A stretch of 64,000 nucleotides of DNA from the human T2T-CHM13v2.0 reference genome, Homo sapiens (GCF_009914755.1 NC_060936.1), one strand, 5' to 3'. Positions 13,331-28,690 are shown, numbered from the stretch's first letter. Program-made: numbers and translations. Notes: generated by a model from the sequence alone, not told the origin.

Positions 13331-15504
13331 CACCCAGACAGCTCCCCTTCGAGTCTGGGCTCCTTCTTCTGTTCCCCCGCCCAAACAGAGCCAGAGGACA
13401 CTCAGAAAGACACGACAAGCCCCCCGAAGATGCCCCAAACACAGAGGCTACACAAAAATACCAGACACACAAAGACACAACAGCAGCAAAAATGGGTCAC
13501 ACTCAATTACACTAGTGTCCATCTGGAAGACTGAAAACTGCAGAGACAAAAAAGATCCCATGATCACAGGAGGACACAAATGCATGTAATACAGTGGACT
13601 CCCACTCTAGGGGAACACACTACCCTACCCCTTAAAACGGTACTTGCAAAGCAGCGCTACCAAACACAGGAACAAAATGATGCTAACTCAGTGATTCACA
13701 GGGGACACACAGACCTTCCATACAGCCAGGTAAGGAGCAAAACACATCCACACTCATGCTCAGAGCAAAGTCATCACACCCCAATCACTCAGCTGTGTGG
13801 CCTTCCAGGGTTGAAGGCAAACCCCTTCCTTCAAAGACATTTTGTTCTTCTCCCAAGCCACAGAAGTATCATCACATGAGGTTCTGAGAGGGAGCTATAA
13901 GTCAGCAGGTTTCTAAAAACTGAACAAAAAAACAACCCAAATTACAGCAGATAGGCTGGAGGGTAGATACCAGAAAGAGCTTCTGAAGAAGACAAAGTGT
14001 GAGATCCCAAGAGGAGAGGCTGGGCATTTGTGTGAAGTTGGGATTCTCTCAGTCAACTGTTGACAGGAGACCCTTTTTTGCTGCCTGAATCAGGTGTTAG
14101 CACCATCCAGGTAGATGGAAGGACAGAATGACCTGCAAAAACATGTCCTCCACATACTCCTAACCAGCGGACAGGAAATTGCTGGCCTGAAAAGATCAGG
14201 GTCAAGCTGCTTCAATTAATGAAAATGGAAATGGCAACCTGGCTTGGCACAGGCCACCATGGAGGACTGTTCTGGGCTCTCAGCCATCCCTCCTGCAAGC
14301 CAGGACTAGAGACAGACATCAGGCTGAGGGTCCTTGAATGAGATGTAGGGGCAGAAGAATGGACAAGATGTACAGGAAAATTCTTTTGCAGGTGTTTTGT
14401 TTGTTCTGTTTTGTACTTGAGAGGGTGAGGGCCAAAATAAGGAGGGAGAGAAAAAAAGAAAGTTTCCTCAAATACATTATAATTCAACCTTGACTGGTGA
14501 GCATGGGCTTGAGCCAGGCTGGCATTAAGGTCTCTGAAGAAGAAAGCAATTCATCTTCCCCCAAAGTAATTTATTTCTATATCACCTGATGGTCACAGCT
14601 GGGAAGTTTATCCATGTGTCTAACCTCAATGTCTCATGCTCCAGTTGAAGTTCTTTACTTCTCTGGGGCACCAGGGAAGAAGAGGAAACAGCTGCCCTAT
14701 ATCCTCCTAAACAAGAATATTCAGAGTCAACACTTAGTCTGGGATAGGCTGCAATCTCTATTCCCTTCTTCCATTCCATCACTAGCTTCTCTACCCCAGC
14801 TGTGGCCAGGCTGCATTTCCAGTCTTTTTTGATCTGCTACCTGGACATTGCCTGCCACCATCTGCTGCAGTTTTCCATCCCCAAAGTTAACAGATGTGTT
14901 CTGAAAGGAAGCTCCACTTCTCATCTTCCATAGGGCCACACCCAACCCTTGGCTCTTGCCTAATTCCTGGCCTCTGAGCCCCTCCCCTCATCCTGTTTCC
15001 TAGCCCCTTGCAGTTGGGGCTGAGAAATTCCTGGACATATCTGACACAATGGTCCCGTTTTGCAAATATCCACTCCATGGAGGTGGTAAGATTTAGCAAG
15101 TTATGAGATAAGAAATCTCCCAGTCTCCGCCCTCTCTCACAGGCACACACACCTCCTCCCCAGACTCTGAGGGCTAATCACTTCCTCATTCAGTGTGCCC
15201 AGAGCGCTGTGTTTATAACTTGTTCACAACATGCTTTCAGCTTGATTTATATATAATTATATGCCTGTATCTCCCAGCACTAGACAGTGAACAACGTGAG
15301 GGTAAAGAATCATCTAATTCACCTCCGTCACTCCCTACAGTGCCTAGCACAAGGAATGACACACACCCAGCAGACATCAATAAATGTTTATTGAATTGAA
15401 AAAGGAAAGTGAGACCACACAGTGGCCAAATTCAAGACCCAATTTTCTTTAAGCTATCCTGTATCAGTAAGGGAGAAAAAAAAAGACAGAGATAAAAGGC
15501 CGGG

Positions 15505-16436
<932 letters not shown>

Positions 16437-16779
16437 CTATCCCTCAGAAGCTCAGAAGCATCCCCACCCCAAGCACACCCTTGGTCTCCACCAAGTTGAG
16501 TTTGTGTGTTTTGGGGTGGGACCTCCATCATTCCTCTGAATCAGAACTTGAAATACCATCACTAGGCAAAAAGAACAAACTCTAGAGAAACTAGTGTTTC
16601 TGGATGGCACACGGGTAGCTTTCCCAGACCAGATTCATGCATTACTTCCATGTCTGCTCTGAATACCTACTTTGTGCCAGGTGTGGGATTACATACTGGG
16701 AAAAGAAAAAGGAGACCCTGGCCTTTGCCTTCAAGACACTCAGGACACTCCTGCCTGAACCTTGGCTGCATATTGGTAG

Positions 16780-17130
16780 CATGGAGAGATTCTGTTGAAG
16801 ACGGATAGCAGGATGCCCCTCGCACCTCACAAATCAAAATATCTTAAGTGGAGCTGAGACACTTGTTTTTTTAAACCTCCACCGGTTAATTCGGATTCAC
16901 TGGCAGGGTTGTAAGCCACTGATCTCTAGATCAGTGTTGTCCAACACAAATTTCTGTGATAATGGAAATGTTCCATTTCTGTGTCATCCAATCAGTAGTC
17001 ACTAGCCATGTGTGGCTATTGAGCACTTGAAATATGAACTGAAGAATTGAATTTTTTTCCTTAATCACTTTGAACTAAAACAGCCACACTTGGCTAGTGG
17101 CTACTGTATTGGTCTACAAAAGTCTAGATG
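16780..17130. mobile_element. MER5-like fragment followed by a MER3-like hAT-Charlie MITE (~16930-17130)
   Basis: cagtgttgtccaa...tttctgtgataatggaaatgttc...ggctagtggctactgtattgg matches MER3; the upstream tttaaacctcccaccgg...ggttgtaagccactg resembles MER5. Confidence 0.65.
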
Positions 17131-17454
17131 ACACCAAATTATTTCAGTTTGGCTTTAGAATAATTCTCACAATGCTGTTTTATAGCAACTAAAGGCTCCA
17201 TTCTCTACCACTCAGAGAAAAAAAAAAAACAATGACTTTCCTTTCCCTAAGGACACTCTCATTTGCACTGAAGAAACTGCTCTAGAATGAAGGGTAAAAG
17301 CCAGTCTGATGAGACTAAGTCTGATCAGCTACCTAAGCCCCTAGACCAGCTTCCAATCCTCCAGACTGGAAAAAAGGCACTCCTAAGTACCCTAGTTTGT
17401 TTATGGTTGACATTGGTTGGGGACAAAAAAAGCAGTGACATGACTTTGTGTGCC

Positions 17455-17813
17455 TGTTATAGACTGAATTATGCCCCCCTGCCGATTTGTATGTTGAAGC
17501 CCCAATATGACTATATTGGATATAGGGCATTTAAAGAGGCACCTAAGGTTAAATTGGGTAATAAGGGGGGACCTAATCCAGTACAACTGGTATCCTTCCA
17601 AGAAGAGAAACACCAGGGAGGTACATGCTCAGAAAAGGCTATGGGAGGACACAGCAAGAAGGCAGCTATCTGCAAGCTAAGGAGAGGCCTCAGGAAAGAT
17701 CAAACCATCTTGATCCTGGACTTAACGGGCTCCAGAAGTGTCAGAAATTTCTGTTGTTTTAATCCACCCAGTCTGTGGTAGTTTTGTCATGGCAGCCCTA
17801 GCAGCGTAATACA
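17455..17813 (+). mobile_element. MaLR solo LTR (MLT1-like)
   Basis: Starts TGTTATAGACTGAATTATGCCCCC, ends GGCAGCCCTAGCAGCGTAATACA; internal tccagaagtgtcagaaatttctgttgtttt. Confidence 0.8.
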
Positions 17814-18330
17814 GTGTCCTTAGGGAAAGGCAGGCCCAGGACCTTAATCAACCTCTCCGACAAGATGCACCCCAGGAATTGAAAGCAACAGCCCCCCTAG
17901 GACCCAGACCCAGCAGCGACTCTGCCATACCCAGGCCTTCAAGTCATTCTGGTCACTACTGTTCAAGTGCCTCTGTGTATTACCCAATCCTATCCCACTA
18001 TCTCATCACCTAGAGACCCCAACTCTAGGCTTTCAACCAGACCTGCTATGCCCCTAGATGTCCTCCCTATAGACTCATCCCCTCTCTTCCCATCCCTTTC
18101 CCCACTGCACCCACACTGCCTCCTACATGGTTTGCCCCTTCATCTCCTTCTATGGGTTTCCACCTATTGTTGGGTATTTTCAGTGTGTGTGTTCTGTGCA
18201 TCTCACTTCCCCCACTACACTTTAAATTCTCAAAGATTATTCTAGCATTCAAGACCCTTCACAGGCTAGCTTCAATCTACCTCTTCATCTTTTTCTCCAA
18301 ACTGGGCCAAGCCAATAGGAATCTACTTGT

Positions 18331-18873
18331 GTGTTGGTAAATATTAACTGTCAACTTGATTAATGGATGCAAAGTACTGTTTCTGGGTATTAGCAGAAGA
18401 GATTAACATTTGAGTTAGTAGACTGGGAGAGGAAGACCCACCCACAGGAAAACCCACCCAGAATGTGGGTGGGCACCATCCAACTGGCTGCTAGGGCGGC
18501 TAGAAAAAGCGGGCAGAAAAAGGTGAAAGAAGCTGACTTGCTGAGTCTTCCAGTCCTCATCTTTCTCCCATGCTGGATGCTTCCTGCCCTCACACATTAG
18601 ACTCTTAAGTTCTTCAGCTTTTGGACTCTTGGACTTACACCAGTAGTTTGCCAGGGGCTCTTGGGACTTAGGCCACAGACAGAAGGCTGCCCTGTCGGCT
18701 TCCCTACTTTTGAGGATTTGGGACTCGGACTGAGCCACTACTGGCTTCCTTGCTCAACTTGCAGACGGCCTATTGTGGGACTTCGCCCTGTGATCGTGTG
18801 AGTCAATTATCCTGAATAAACTCCTTTTCATATATACATGTATCATTAGTTCTGTCTCTCTAGACCCTAATAC
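18331..18873 (+). mobile_element. ERVL solo LTR (MLT2A/B-like)
   Basis: Starts TGTGTTGGTAAATATTAACTGTCAACTTGA, contains AATAAAC, ends TTAGTTCTGTCTCTCTAGACCCTAATACA. Confidence 0.82.
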
Positions 18874-19124
18874 AACTTGCCACCCCTTGAACATAACAGT
18901 GCTGTTCTCTAAGTTATCCAAAACTTTCCCAGTCTTAAGGCCACCTGAAATGCCACCTCCTCCAGAGAGCTTTCCATTATATATTTCCTCAGCTAAATAT
19001 ATAATGAAATGATGGCTTCTATCTCTGTGCAGTTATTCCACTGTACCTAATCCAGTGCTCTGCAACATGGCGCACTCACTACGTAGCACTGACAGCAAAA
19101 AGAGAAGGAAAGGAGTCTACGGCA

Positions 19125-19957
19125 TGTGGAAGTTCAATACTGTAATGCAATTCTGATGCTAACTACAGGGAGTTAGTGCATACCCTCGGGGTTTAAGGGC
19201 ATACTCCCCACCAAGACTGCTCTCACTTCAGATGTCAGTTGCGAGCTTGAGGATCCCCAGACCACCTGCACTTCTGACCAACTGGCTATAAATTCAGGAG
19301 TCTCCACAACCCCCCGCCACCCACCCTGAGGTTGGAGAATTTCCTAGAATGACTCACGGAACTCAGGAAAACTCTATACTTATGATTATGGTTCTATTAC
19401 AAAAGATACAAATCAGAACCAGCCAAATGAAGACAAATATATGGTAGGGTCCAGGAGTGTCCCAGGCACAGATGTGTGCCCTCTGCTCATAGAAACAGGA
19501 TACCAATGCACATCCCTCAGCACATCCATGTGTTCACCAGCCAGGAAGCTGACCAAAACCTGTGTCAGAAGTTTTTATATCTAGAGTTTTACCATAGATA
19601 TAATTGGTTAAAATCATCGGCATGTGGCTGAACTCAATCTCTAGCCCCTCTCCCCTCCCTGGGGATCAAGCTGGTATCATCCAGCTCAAAGTCCCAGCCC
19701 TGTAACTATATGGTTGGTCATTCTGGCATGGTCAGCCTCCATCCTCAGTCAAATCTTACAGCAAACTCAGGTGTGGTCTGAGATCAAATTCAATATAAAA
19801 TTAGGTGCAGCCTAAGGTCAAATCTCAACATAAATTCAGGTGTAGTTTCAGGGACCTGCCACGAAAAACAAAGATACTCCTATTACTTGGGAAATTCCAA
19901 GGATTTAGAGTCTCCTTCTCAGGAACTGAAGACAAAGGCCAAATTCTTTATTATACA
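19125..19957 (-). mobile_element. MER21-like LTR
   Basis: caattctgatgctaactac...aagactgctctcacttcagatg...gaactcaggaaaac...ggaaattccaaggatttag...aaattctttattataca. Confidence 0.7.
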
Positions 19958-20187
19958 ATGAAGTAGGGGAGGATTTATATGAAAAATCTTACTAATTCTG
20001 GAAGCTGGAAATGACCTGTGTCCCAGGAGATAGGAAGTAGACCATGTGTTCCTCATTAAGGTGGTCTCAAGACCTGCTCTGCTCCCAACTTGGTTCACTT
20101 TCCCAGCCCTTACCAAAGGGGCACCCAGTCAACCATTCAGCAGACATAAAAAATGAGTTGGATACCAGGTTCCCATCTGCCCCATCA

Positions 20188-20571
<384 letters not shown>

Positions 20572-20919
20572 CTACTACATCCTTCCCCCAGCTGCCCAAG
20601 AGAACCCCTGGCCAACAATGAAGAGGGAAGAGGGGGGAAATCTAAATGACTACCTTCCACCTCTAGCATGCAAGAGGGGGAAAAAAGTAACAAGACAAAA
20701 GGCTTTAGGAGCTCTTAATGCTTAGAGTGAAAAAAAATCACAGGCTAGTTTTTTCATAGTCATTGATCCATCTCTGACATGGCAAGAATTTTCCCTTCAC
20801 CCTGGCCGCAGGTGGAAGCCCAGACTCTCTCCTAGCAAGGTATCCAGAATGGAGAGGGGCTACCCTTGTAGTGCAGTGCTGTGAATCCTCAACCCAGAGG
20901 CAAGAAAACAAGAAGACTA

Positions 20920-21115
20920 TGTAATGAGCACCCACATGCCAAGCCCATGCAAGGCACTTTCAAGTGTGATCTCAGTTAATCCTCACACCAACCCCATAAG
21001 GTAGGCATCCCTGTTTTACAGATGAGGAGCCTGAGGCATAGAGAGGTTTATTAATTTGTCAATCAAAAAGTTCCAAGTTTCAAAGCTGGGATGAAAAGCC
21101 AGGTCTTCTGACTTG
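20920..21115 (+). mobile_element. MIR overlapping the SMUG1 3' end in antisense
   Basis: aatcctcacaccaacccca...ttttacagatgaggagcctgaggcatagagagg...agctgggatg...ccaggtcttctgact matches the MIR core. Confidence 0.8.
21047..21052 (-). terminator. Probable SMUG1 polyadenylation signal (AATAAA)
   Basis: tttatt on the plus strand is AATAAA on the minus strand, about 600 nt downstream of the stop codon. It is the first canonical hexamer I find 3' of the CDS. Confidence 0.7.
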
Positions 21116-21208
21116 CACTCTGTCACACTGGATTTTTCCTCTGATCCAGCTGCAGCCTCCCATAAGAAGTTCACTCTTAATTTCATGTCCCATGCTTTGT
21201 CTTGGTCC
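21080..21208 (-). CDS. SMUG1: Alternative C-terminal segment of a short (177 aa) SMUG1 isoform
   Basis: The internal donor GAA|GTGAGT after E135 (exon end 22065) joined to the acceptor ctttcctcacag at 21209 gives in-frame GPRQSMGHEIKSELLMGGCSWIRGKIQCDRVQVRRPGFSSQL*. 135+42 = 177 aa, matching my recollection of the annotated short isoform. Confidence 0.75.
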   Translation of the reverse strand, partial: GPRQSMGHEIKSELLMGGCSWIRGKIQCDRVQVRRPGFSSQL

Positions 21209-21656
21209 CTGTGAGGAAAGGGGTCAGCTAAAGGCAACTGTTCTATAAGGATGGGTAGGTATCCTGGCAAGATATTTCCTCTGAAATAGTAAACGTGACC
21301 TTAGAAGTTACTGTCTAGGGCACTCTCAGCTGAATAAAGTCTCCCAAGGAAACACTGAGGTAGAGCAGTCTGCAAGTGCAAAAGCACACCTTCTGCAGAT
21401 TCCCTACAAAGTGGGGTCCCCTGAAAGGGGCAATGTTAAAAGGTAAAGAAAGCAGGAATCAGGAGGGCAAACAGGAGTAGTGTCAAAACTGCCATGGCAG
21501 GTTGGAAGACAGTTCAACAGATCAAAGAATACGTTTCCCAGCGACCAGGGTGCACAGAAGGACCTTTTGCTCCAGTCCAGGAGATGTGTTGTCATCTGCT
21601 TGGCCAAGAATGACTTCGAGGTCTTGAATGTGTCCCATGCAAGGCCCCAAGGGCAC

Positions 21657-22184
21657 TCATTTCAACAGCAGTGGCAGCAGCCCCAGCTCATTCAATCTTT
21701 CCTTGGCCACTGCCTCCCAGCCCTTGTTGGCCTGTGGGTTACGGGGAGAGGGATGCAGGAGCCCTTCCACCTGGACCTCTGGCATCAGGCCTGCCAGAGC
21801 CCGTCGTGCCCGCTGCTCTGCCAGTCGCCCAACTCCCACCACCAGCCGCACCCCCAGCAGCTGCACCTGCCGGCAGAGGGCTGCATCACAGATCCCAAGA
21901 AGCTGTTCTCGCTGCTTGGCAGGCAGCTCAGCAGGAGTAAGGTTGCGCCCGCTGGGAGCCAGGAAAAGCAGAGGGCATAGATTGTGGACAAAACAGTGAT
22001 GGAAGAAGACCTCAGGCTGTCCACAGAGGTTCCGGAAAAAGCCCCAGAATCGGGCACCACTCACTTCTGACTGTGGGCACTCCAGTCCCAGCACTGGTCG
22101 TTTAGGATGCTCTTGGGGAGGGGTCAGCACAGGCCCCACAATGCCCAACCAGTCCCGGACCATGCTTACTTCCCCAAAGGGCAC
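21657..22184 (-). CDS. SMUG1: SMUG1 second coding exon (residues 96-270 plus stop)
   Basis: Acceptor ttcctcacag|GTG at 22185/22184. Translation [12 protein letters not shown]...HNLCP...[15 protein letters not shown]...LLLK* contains F98, N163 and motif 2 HPSPRN (H239). Joined to the previous exon it gives the recognised 270-aa human SMUG1. Confidence 0.98.
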
Positions 22185-23216
22185 CTGTGAGGAAGGAGAG
22201 AGACATGAAAGGCTTCAAACTGGAGACCTGAGGCCCGGGCTCTGGACCAACTGACTTCTTTATACCTTACATGAGGATCCAGCCTGCACCCCCTACCCCT
22301 ACCTTCACCCAAAGGCCTGAGACAAGGATTCTTGGCCCTATGGTTTGAGCCTGTCTGTCTTTTTCCAGTTCTTCATTGTGAACCGTGGTCCAGAAGAATT
22401 TGTTTCCCTCTAGCCCAACTAGCCTTTGGGACTAAGTACAGGGACTACATTGAGATATCTAGCCCTACACAGGGTTTGATGGTTAGTACTGGGGACAGAC
22501 AGATGGTCTGAGACAGAAAGGCAGCCAGGGTTAAAGGAGGCACAAGGATGGGCTGACCACTGCTGTCTGGATGCCCTCTCAGCCCCAAGCCTCAGGCTGT
22601 CATTTCCATCGATCATCATTGATCACCTTTCATCACCCAGTTGGGGTCAATAAAAGCGATTGAGCCTTCTGCCCTGAAGCCTCTTCCCCTCCCCCACCTG
22701 CCAAGCACCCCCACTGGGGGCAGTCACTCATCCTGAGCCCTGAAAGAAAAGCGGGCAGGCACTGGAGCCAGGCTCTGTTTTGAACCTCGCCTTAGCTAGG
22801 AAACAGAACCCAGGTTCCCAGAACGCCCTGCATCTCTTACATACCCACCCCTGTCAACCAGTCTCTTCTGAGGACCCAGCAGTCCTAGTCCCTCTTCTGA
22901 CCCCAACCACACTTCAGGGACAGGGGAGATCCAGTAAAGTAAGGATGGGGCTGGCGGAAGGAAGGGCTCTCAGAGGCAATTACTGGCCAGCTCACAGGGA
23001 AAACGAAACTACCATTAATGTGCTTGGTTAATTACGGGCAGAGACGCTGGGAGAGGGCCTCGGACCACAGGAGCCAGTATATGTGTTGAGACAGAATGGG
23101 GCGGGAGGACCTACACATGTCTACAGCCATGCACATGCTCCTTCTCCACAGCACACCCAGCCAAGCATCCACCTAGAACCCCCCACTCCACCCACTGGGG
23201 AAGCCAAACCCTTTAC

Positions 23217-23501
23217 CCCAGTCTGGGCCATGCCAAAAGGTCCAGGGTTCATGCCCAGGAAGAGTACTTCCTTGGGGCCCTGGCAGTAGCGAGTCACGTA
23301 GTTGCGATGTGGCTCCCATGCATACTCCACGGGATTGTAGATGATGCCCACAGGCTCCGAAAACTGCAGCTGGCTCAGCTCAGCATTGAGCCGAAGCTCC
23401 TCCTCCAGGAAGCTCTCAGCCAAGCTTCCAGGGCAGGGCTGGGGCTCCATGAGGGCACCTGCAGGCTCATGGATGGACCCCAGCAGGAAAGCCTGGGGCA
23501 T
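23217..23501 (-). CDS. SMUG1: SMUG1 first coding exon (residues 1-95)
   Basis: Translation [13 protein letters not shown]...[18 protein letters not shown] carries the UDG-superfamily motif 1 of the SMUG family (GMNPG, N85). It is 285 nt = 95 codons and ends at a phase-0 donor GGG|GTAAAG (GT at 23216-23215). The exon begins at 23520 after the acceptor cttttcccag. Confidence 0.98.
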
Positions 23502-24029
23502 ATGTCCATGCCGCTGTCACCTGGGAAAAGAGATGGACAGAAGCCCCATCAACCCTCAGCCACAGAGTAGGAGGGATCCATGCTTGCCAGGGCCCCCACT
23601 ACCATTTCCTGGGCTCAGAAGGGACCCTAAGAGACCATGTCAGTCATCTACCAACCACCAAGTAGGACTGAACTCATCTCAGTTCTTGGTAATGAAGGGC
23701 CCTTTCCCTCCCCACTTCCATTATCTGTCCTCTTCACATGGCACCTGGTGAGGATAAGCCATAGCCACCAAACATCTCCCACTCCAAATCTCCTTTCCAT
23801 CAGGCATAGGTCACTAGTTCCTGGGCTATGCCGAGCACATAGTAGGTTTTCAATAAACATTTACTGGTGGCATCCTTTCAGCACCTTTAAGGTCATCCTA
23901 AAAAAGAAAAGCCCAGCCAGAATGGACTGTTCTGGAAAGCACGGCGCTGAAGAATGAAATGCAAGTGCACAGCCACAGCCCAGAGACCTGGGAAGGCTAA
24001 TTACAATAGCTTCCAGGTGGTGAGCGACT

Positions 24030-24230
24030 GCTCTGCACCAGGTACACCTCATTGATCCTCACAACAATCCCATGAGGTGGGTATTACTGCTCCCCTGTTA
24101 TAAGTGAGGACACTGAGGCTTAGCAAGATTAAGCAACTTGCCCAAGGTCTTACAGTTAGTAAGTAATAAAGCTGGATTTGGTTGAGCCCAATCTCTCTGG
24201 CTCAAGGCTATGCTTTAACCACCCACGCCA
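24030..24230 (+). mobile_element. MIR in SMUG1 intron 2
   Basis: atcctcacaacaatcccatgaggtgggtattact...gaggacactgaggcttag...aacttgcccaaggtc. Confidence 0.8.
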
Positions 24231-24442
24231 TCTTGCCTTAGATGGTTTGATCAGCCACCCTGCTAATTCTACAACCCCCTAACCCCAGCCTAGCTTCTTT
24301 CCCACACTCAGGAATACCGAGTAGGATGATTACAGACTCCTCATAGAATCTTACGAGCTACACAACCATGGCCAGAGCCTCAGGTTTCCACCTTCAAATA
24401 CAAAGAATAATAATATCCACTTAATAATGTTGACATAAGGAA

Positions 24443-25564
<1,122 letters not shown>

Positions 25565-25847
25565 TCACATTTTCAAAATGCCTTTCCTGCCTCAACTCCC
25601 AAAACCTTGCACATACCATTTCTACAGTCCAACCAAATACACTCCTGAAGTCAACCAGGACATCATCCAGCAGTCATCCAGTCAACTAGGACTGTTGATT
25701 CCCCAACCTGTCCACATATCCAAATCACTCCCATCCTTCAAAATGCAGCTCAAACCATCCCTTTGATAAAGTCTTCCCTCCTCAGAACACTGCAGTATTT
25801 GCCATAGTGTCCCAACCCCACCCCCAACACAAGTAGGTCCCGTGTGA

Positions 25848-26172
<325 letters not shown>

Positions 26173-26433
26173 CTGGGAATCTGTATTTTAAACAAGCTTC
26201 CCAGGGTGATTCTGATGGTTGGTGAAGGCTGAGAACCACTGTGTGTCACCATGGTTACCGTCGTCTTAATGAATTCCTTTTGCCTCCCCAGCTAAACTTG
26301 GGCAGATCAAGAGCCAGGCCTTGTTCAATCTCCCTCCATAAGCCCAAGGTCCTGGCCCTTATTAGGTACTCAACAAACACCTGCTCAGCAATGTCCATCT
26401 TCTTTTTCACTTTTGTTTAAAACTACCTTCTGT

Positions 26434-26570
26434 GCTGGGCACAGTGGCTCATGCCTGTAATCCCAGCACTTTGAGAGGCCAAGGCAGAAGAATTGCTTGA
26501 GGCCAGGAGTTCAAGACCAGCCTGGCTGACATAATGAGACCCCATCTGTAAATATAAAAATAAAATAAAC
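26434..26570 (+). mobile_element. Alu left monomer (FLAM-like)
   Basis: Single Alu arm with an A-rich tail. Confidence 0.8.
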
Positions 26571-27353
26571 AGCTTTTACCAAGGAGGCACTCCTGATGGA
26601 TCCTTCTCCACTTCTATATCCTGAGTTCACTCAAGGCTTAGCTGCCCACTTTGCACTCTGCTTGTTTTCCAGACTCTGGGTCTGTACCCATCATATGTGT
26701 GCCTCCCATGCGACAAGGACCATTGTCATTCCTTCCTCTCAACTTTCTGCCTGGGTCAGGAGTGACTTCTCCAAGATAAGAACTCAAGGTTGACACAACA
26801 GCTCGATAAACCTGTTTTCTCACCCTAGCCTAGGGGAAGTGGGAGAGAAAAAAAATCAGAGGCCCAACTTAGGAAGTCCTTCCCTGACTGTCTCAGTAGT
26901 CTTTAACTGATCTGTTGTCCAGGTGGCTACCCAGGACAAACTGGGCTCATACAAAAGCTGAGAAGGGTGCTGTGGAGAACGCCAGTGTTTCAGGGGACCT
27001 TGCTTTGCATCTCCCCATGCAACACCAACATTAGCAGATTGGCTGCTCCAGCTCTAGAATCTCAAGAAGTCTTGAGCCCACCTTTGACATTTAGACACCT
27101 GTGTTGGAAACAGCAAGGCTGGGGAAAAGAGTGGCAAGATACTACTTTCATTGTTCCATAACTTCAAAGCCTGATCTCATAGCAAGAGCCACAGGCTGGA
27201 AGTCAATTGATTTGAATTCTACTCCTGTTTCACCTCTAAGAAGGTTCTCTTGAGCAACTCATTTAACTCTCTTCTCTATGGAAAATCACATACTCCATCC
27301 AACCTACCACCTGTTAACTCATTTTTTTTTTTCAATACTTATGAGTCTCTTAC

Positions 27354-27440
27354 ATGACAGGCACCGCAGCAGTCTCTTGATGAGGAAGAAATCCAAAAAG
27401 AGTAAAATGTAGGCCAGGCTTTCTGTAAGCTCATAATCTG
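27354..27440 (-). other. SMUG1: SMUG1 non-coding 5'UTR exon 2 (cassette)
   Basis: Acceptor ttgtttatttgccctcaCAGCAG (tandem NAGNAG at 27443-27438) and donor CAT|GTAAGA (GT at 27353-27352), located between exon 1 and the first coding exon. Confidence 0.75.
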
Positions 27441-27802
27441 CTGTGAGGGCAAATAAACAACTAACTGTAATACAGTGTGATGTGAGCTTTAATACCCGGA
27501 ACAAAACACTAAGAGAACCCAAAGGAGGAACTTGTAAGTTCTACCCAAAGTCGCCCCAAGAGCCAGAGGCTTAAGAAATGTAGATATTTTATAAAATACG
27601 GTGTCATACTACATTAAGCACAAAGACAGCGGAGTTGGACCAAGCGATAAGGCTGACCACCAAGGGCCGACTTCAGACTGATGTCAGACTTCTCTGACAT
27701 CAAATCCGGGAAGTGAGGAAGGAATCGAAATCACATATGCACTCCCCTGTCCTTTGGAGGCACTCCGGGAGTCCAGGGACAATAATAAATATCCTTAAAC
27801 GA

Positions 27803-27846
<44 letters not shown>
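27803..27846 (+). repeat. (AAT)n microsatellite in SMUG1 intron 1
   Basis: About 14 uninterrupted AAT units. Confidence 0.95.
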
Positions 27847-27848
<2 letters not shown>

Positions 27849-27852
27849 CATA

Positions 27853-28690
<838 letters not shown>

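Noticed and set aside
12525-13589. Several overlapping 100-227 aa ORFs on both strands
   Set aside because: Stop-codon depletion in a CpG island and purine-skewed DNA; no homology recognised.
21480-21999. Plus-strand ORFs antisense to the SMUG1 last exon
   Set aside because: Shadow ORFs of a GC-rich coding exon.
23121-23216. C-terminal part of the 126-aa ORF ([10 protein letters not shown]...)
   Set aside because: Read-through into the SMUG1 intron beyond the donor at 23216.
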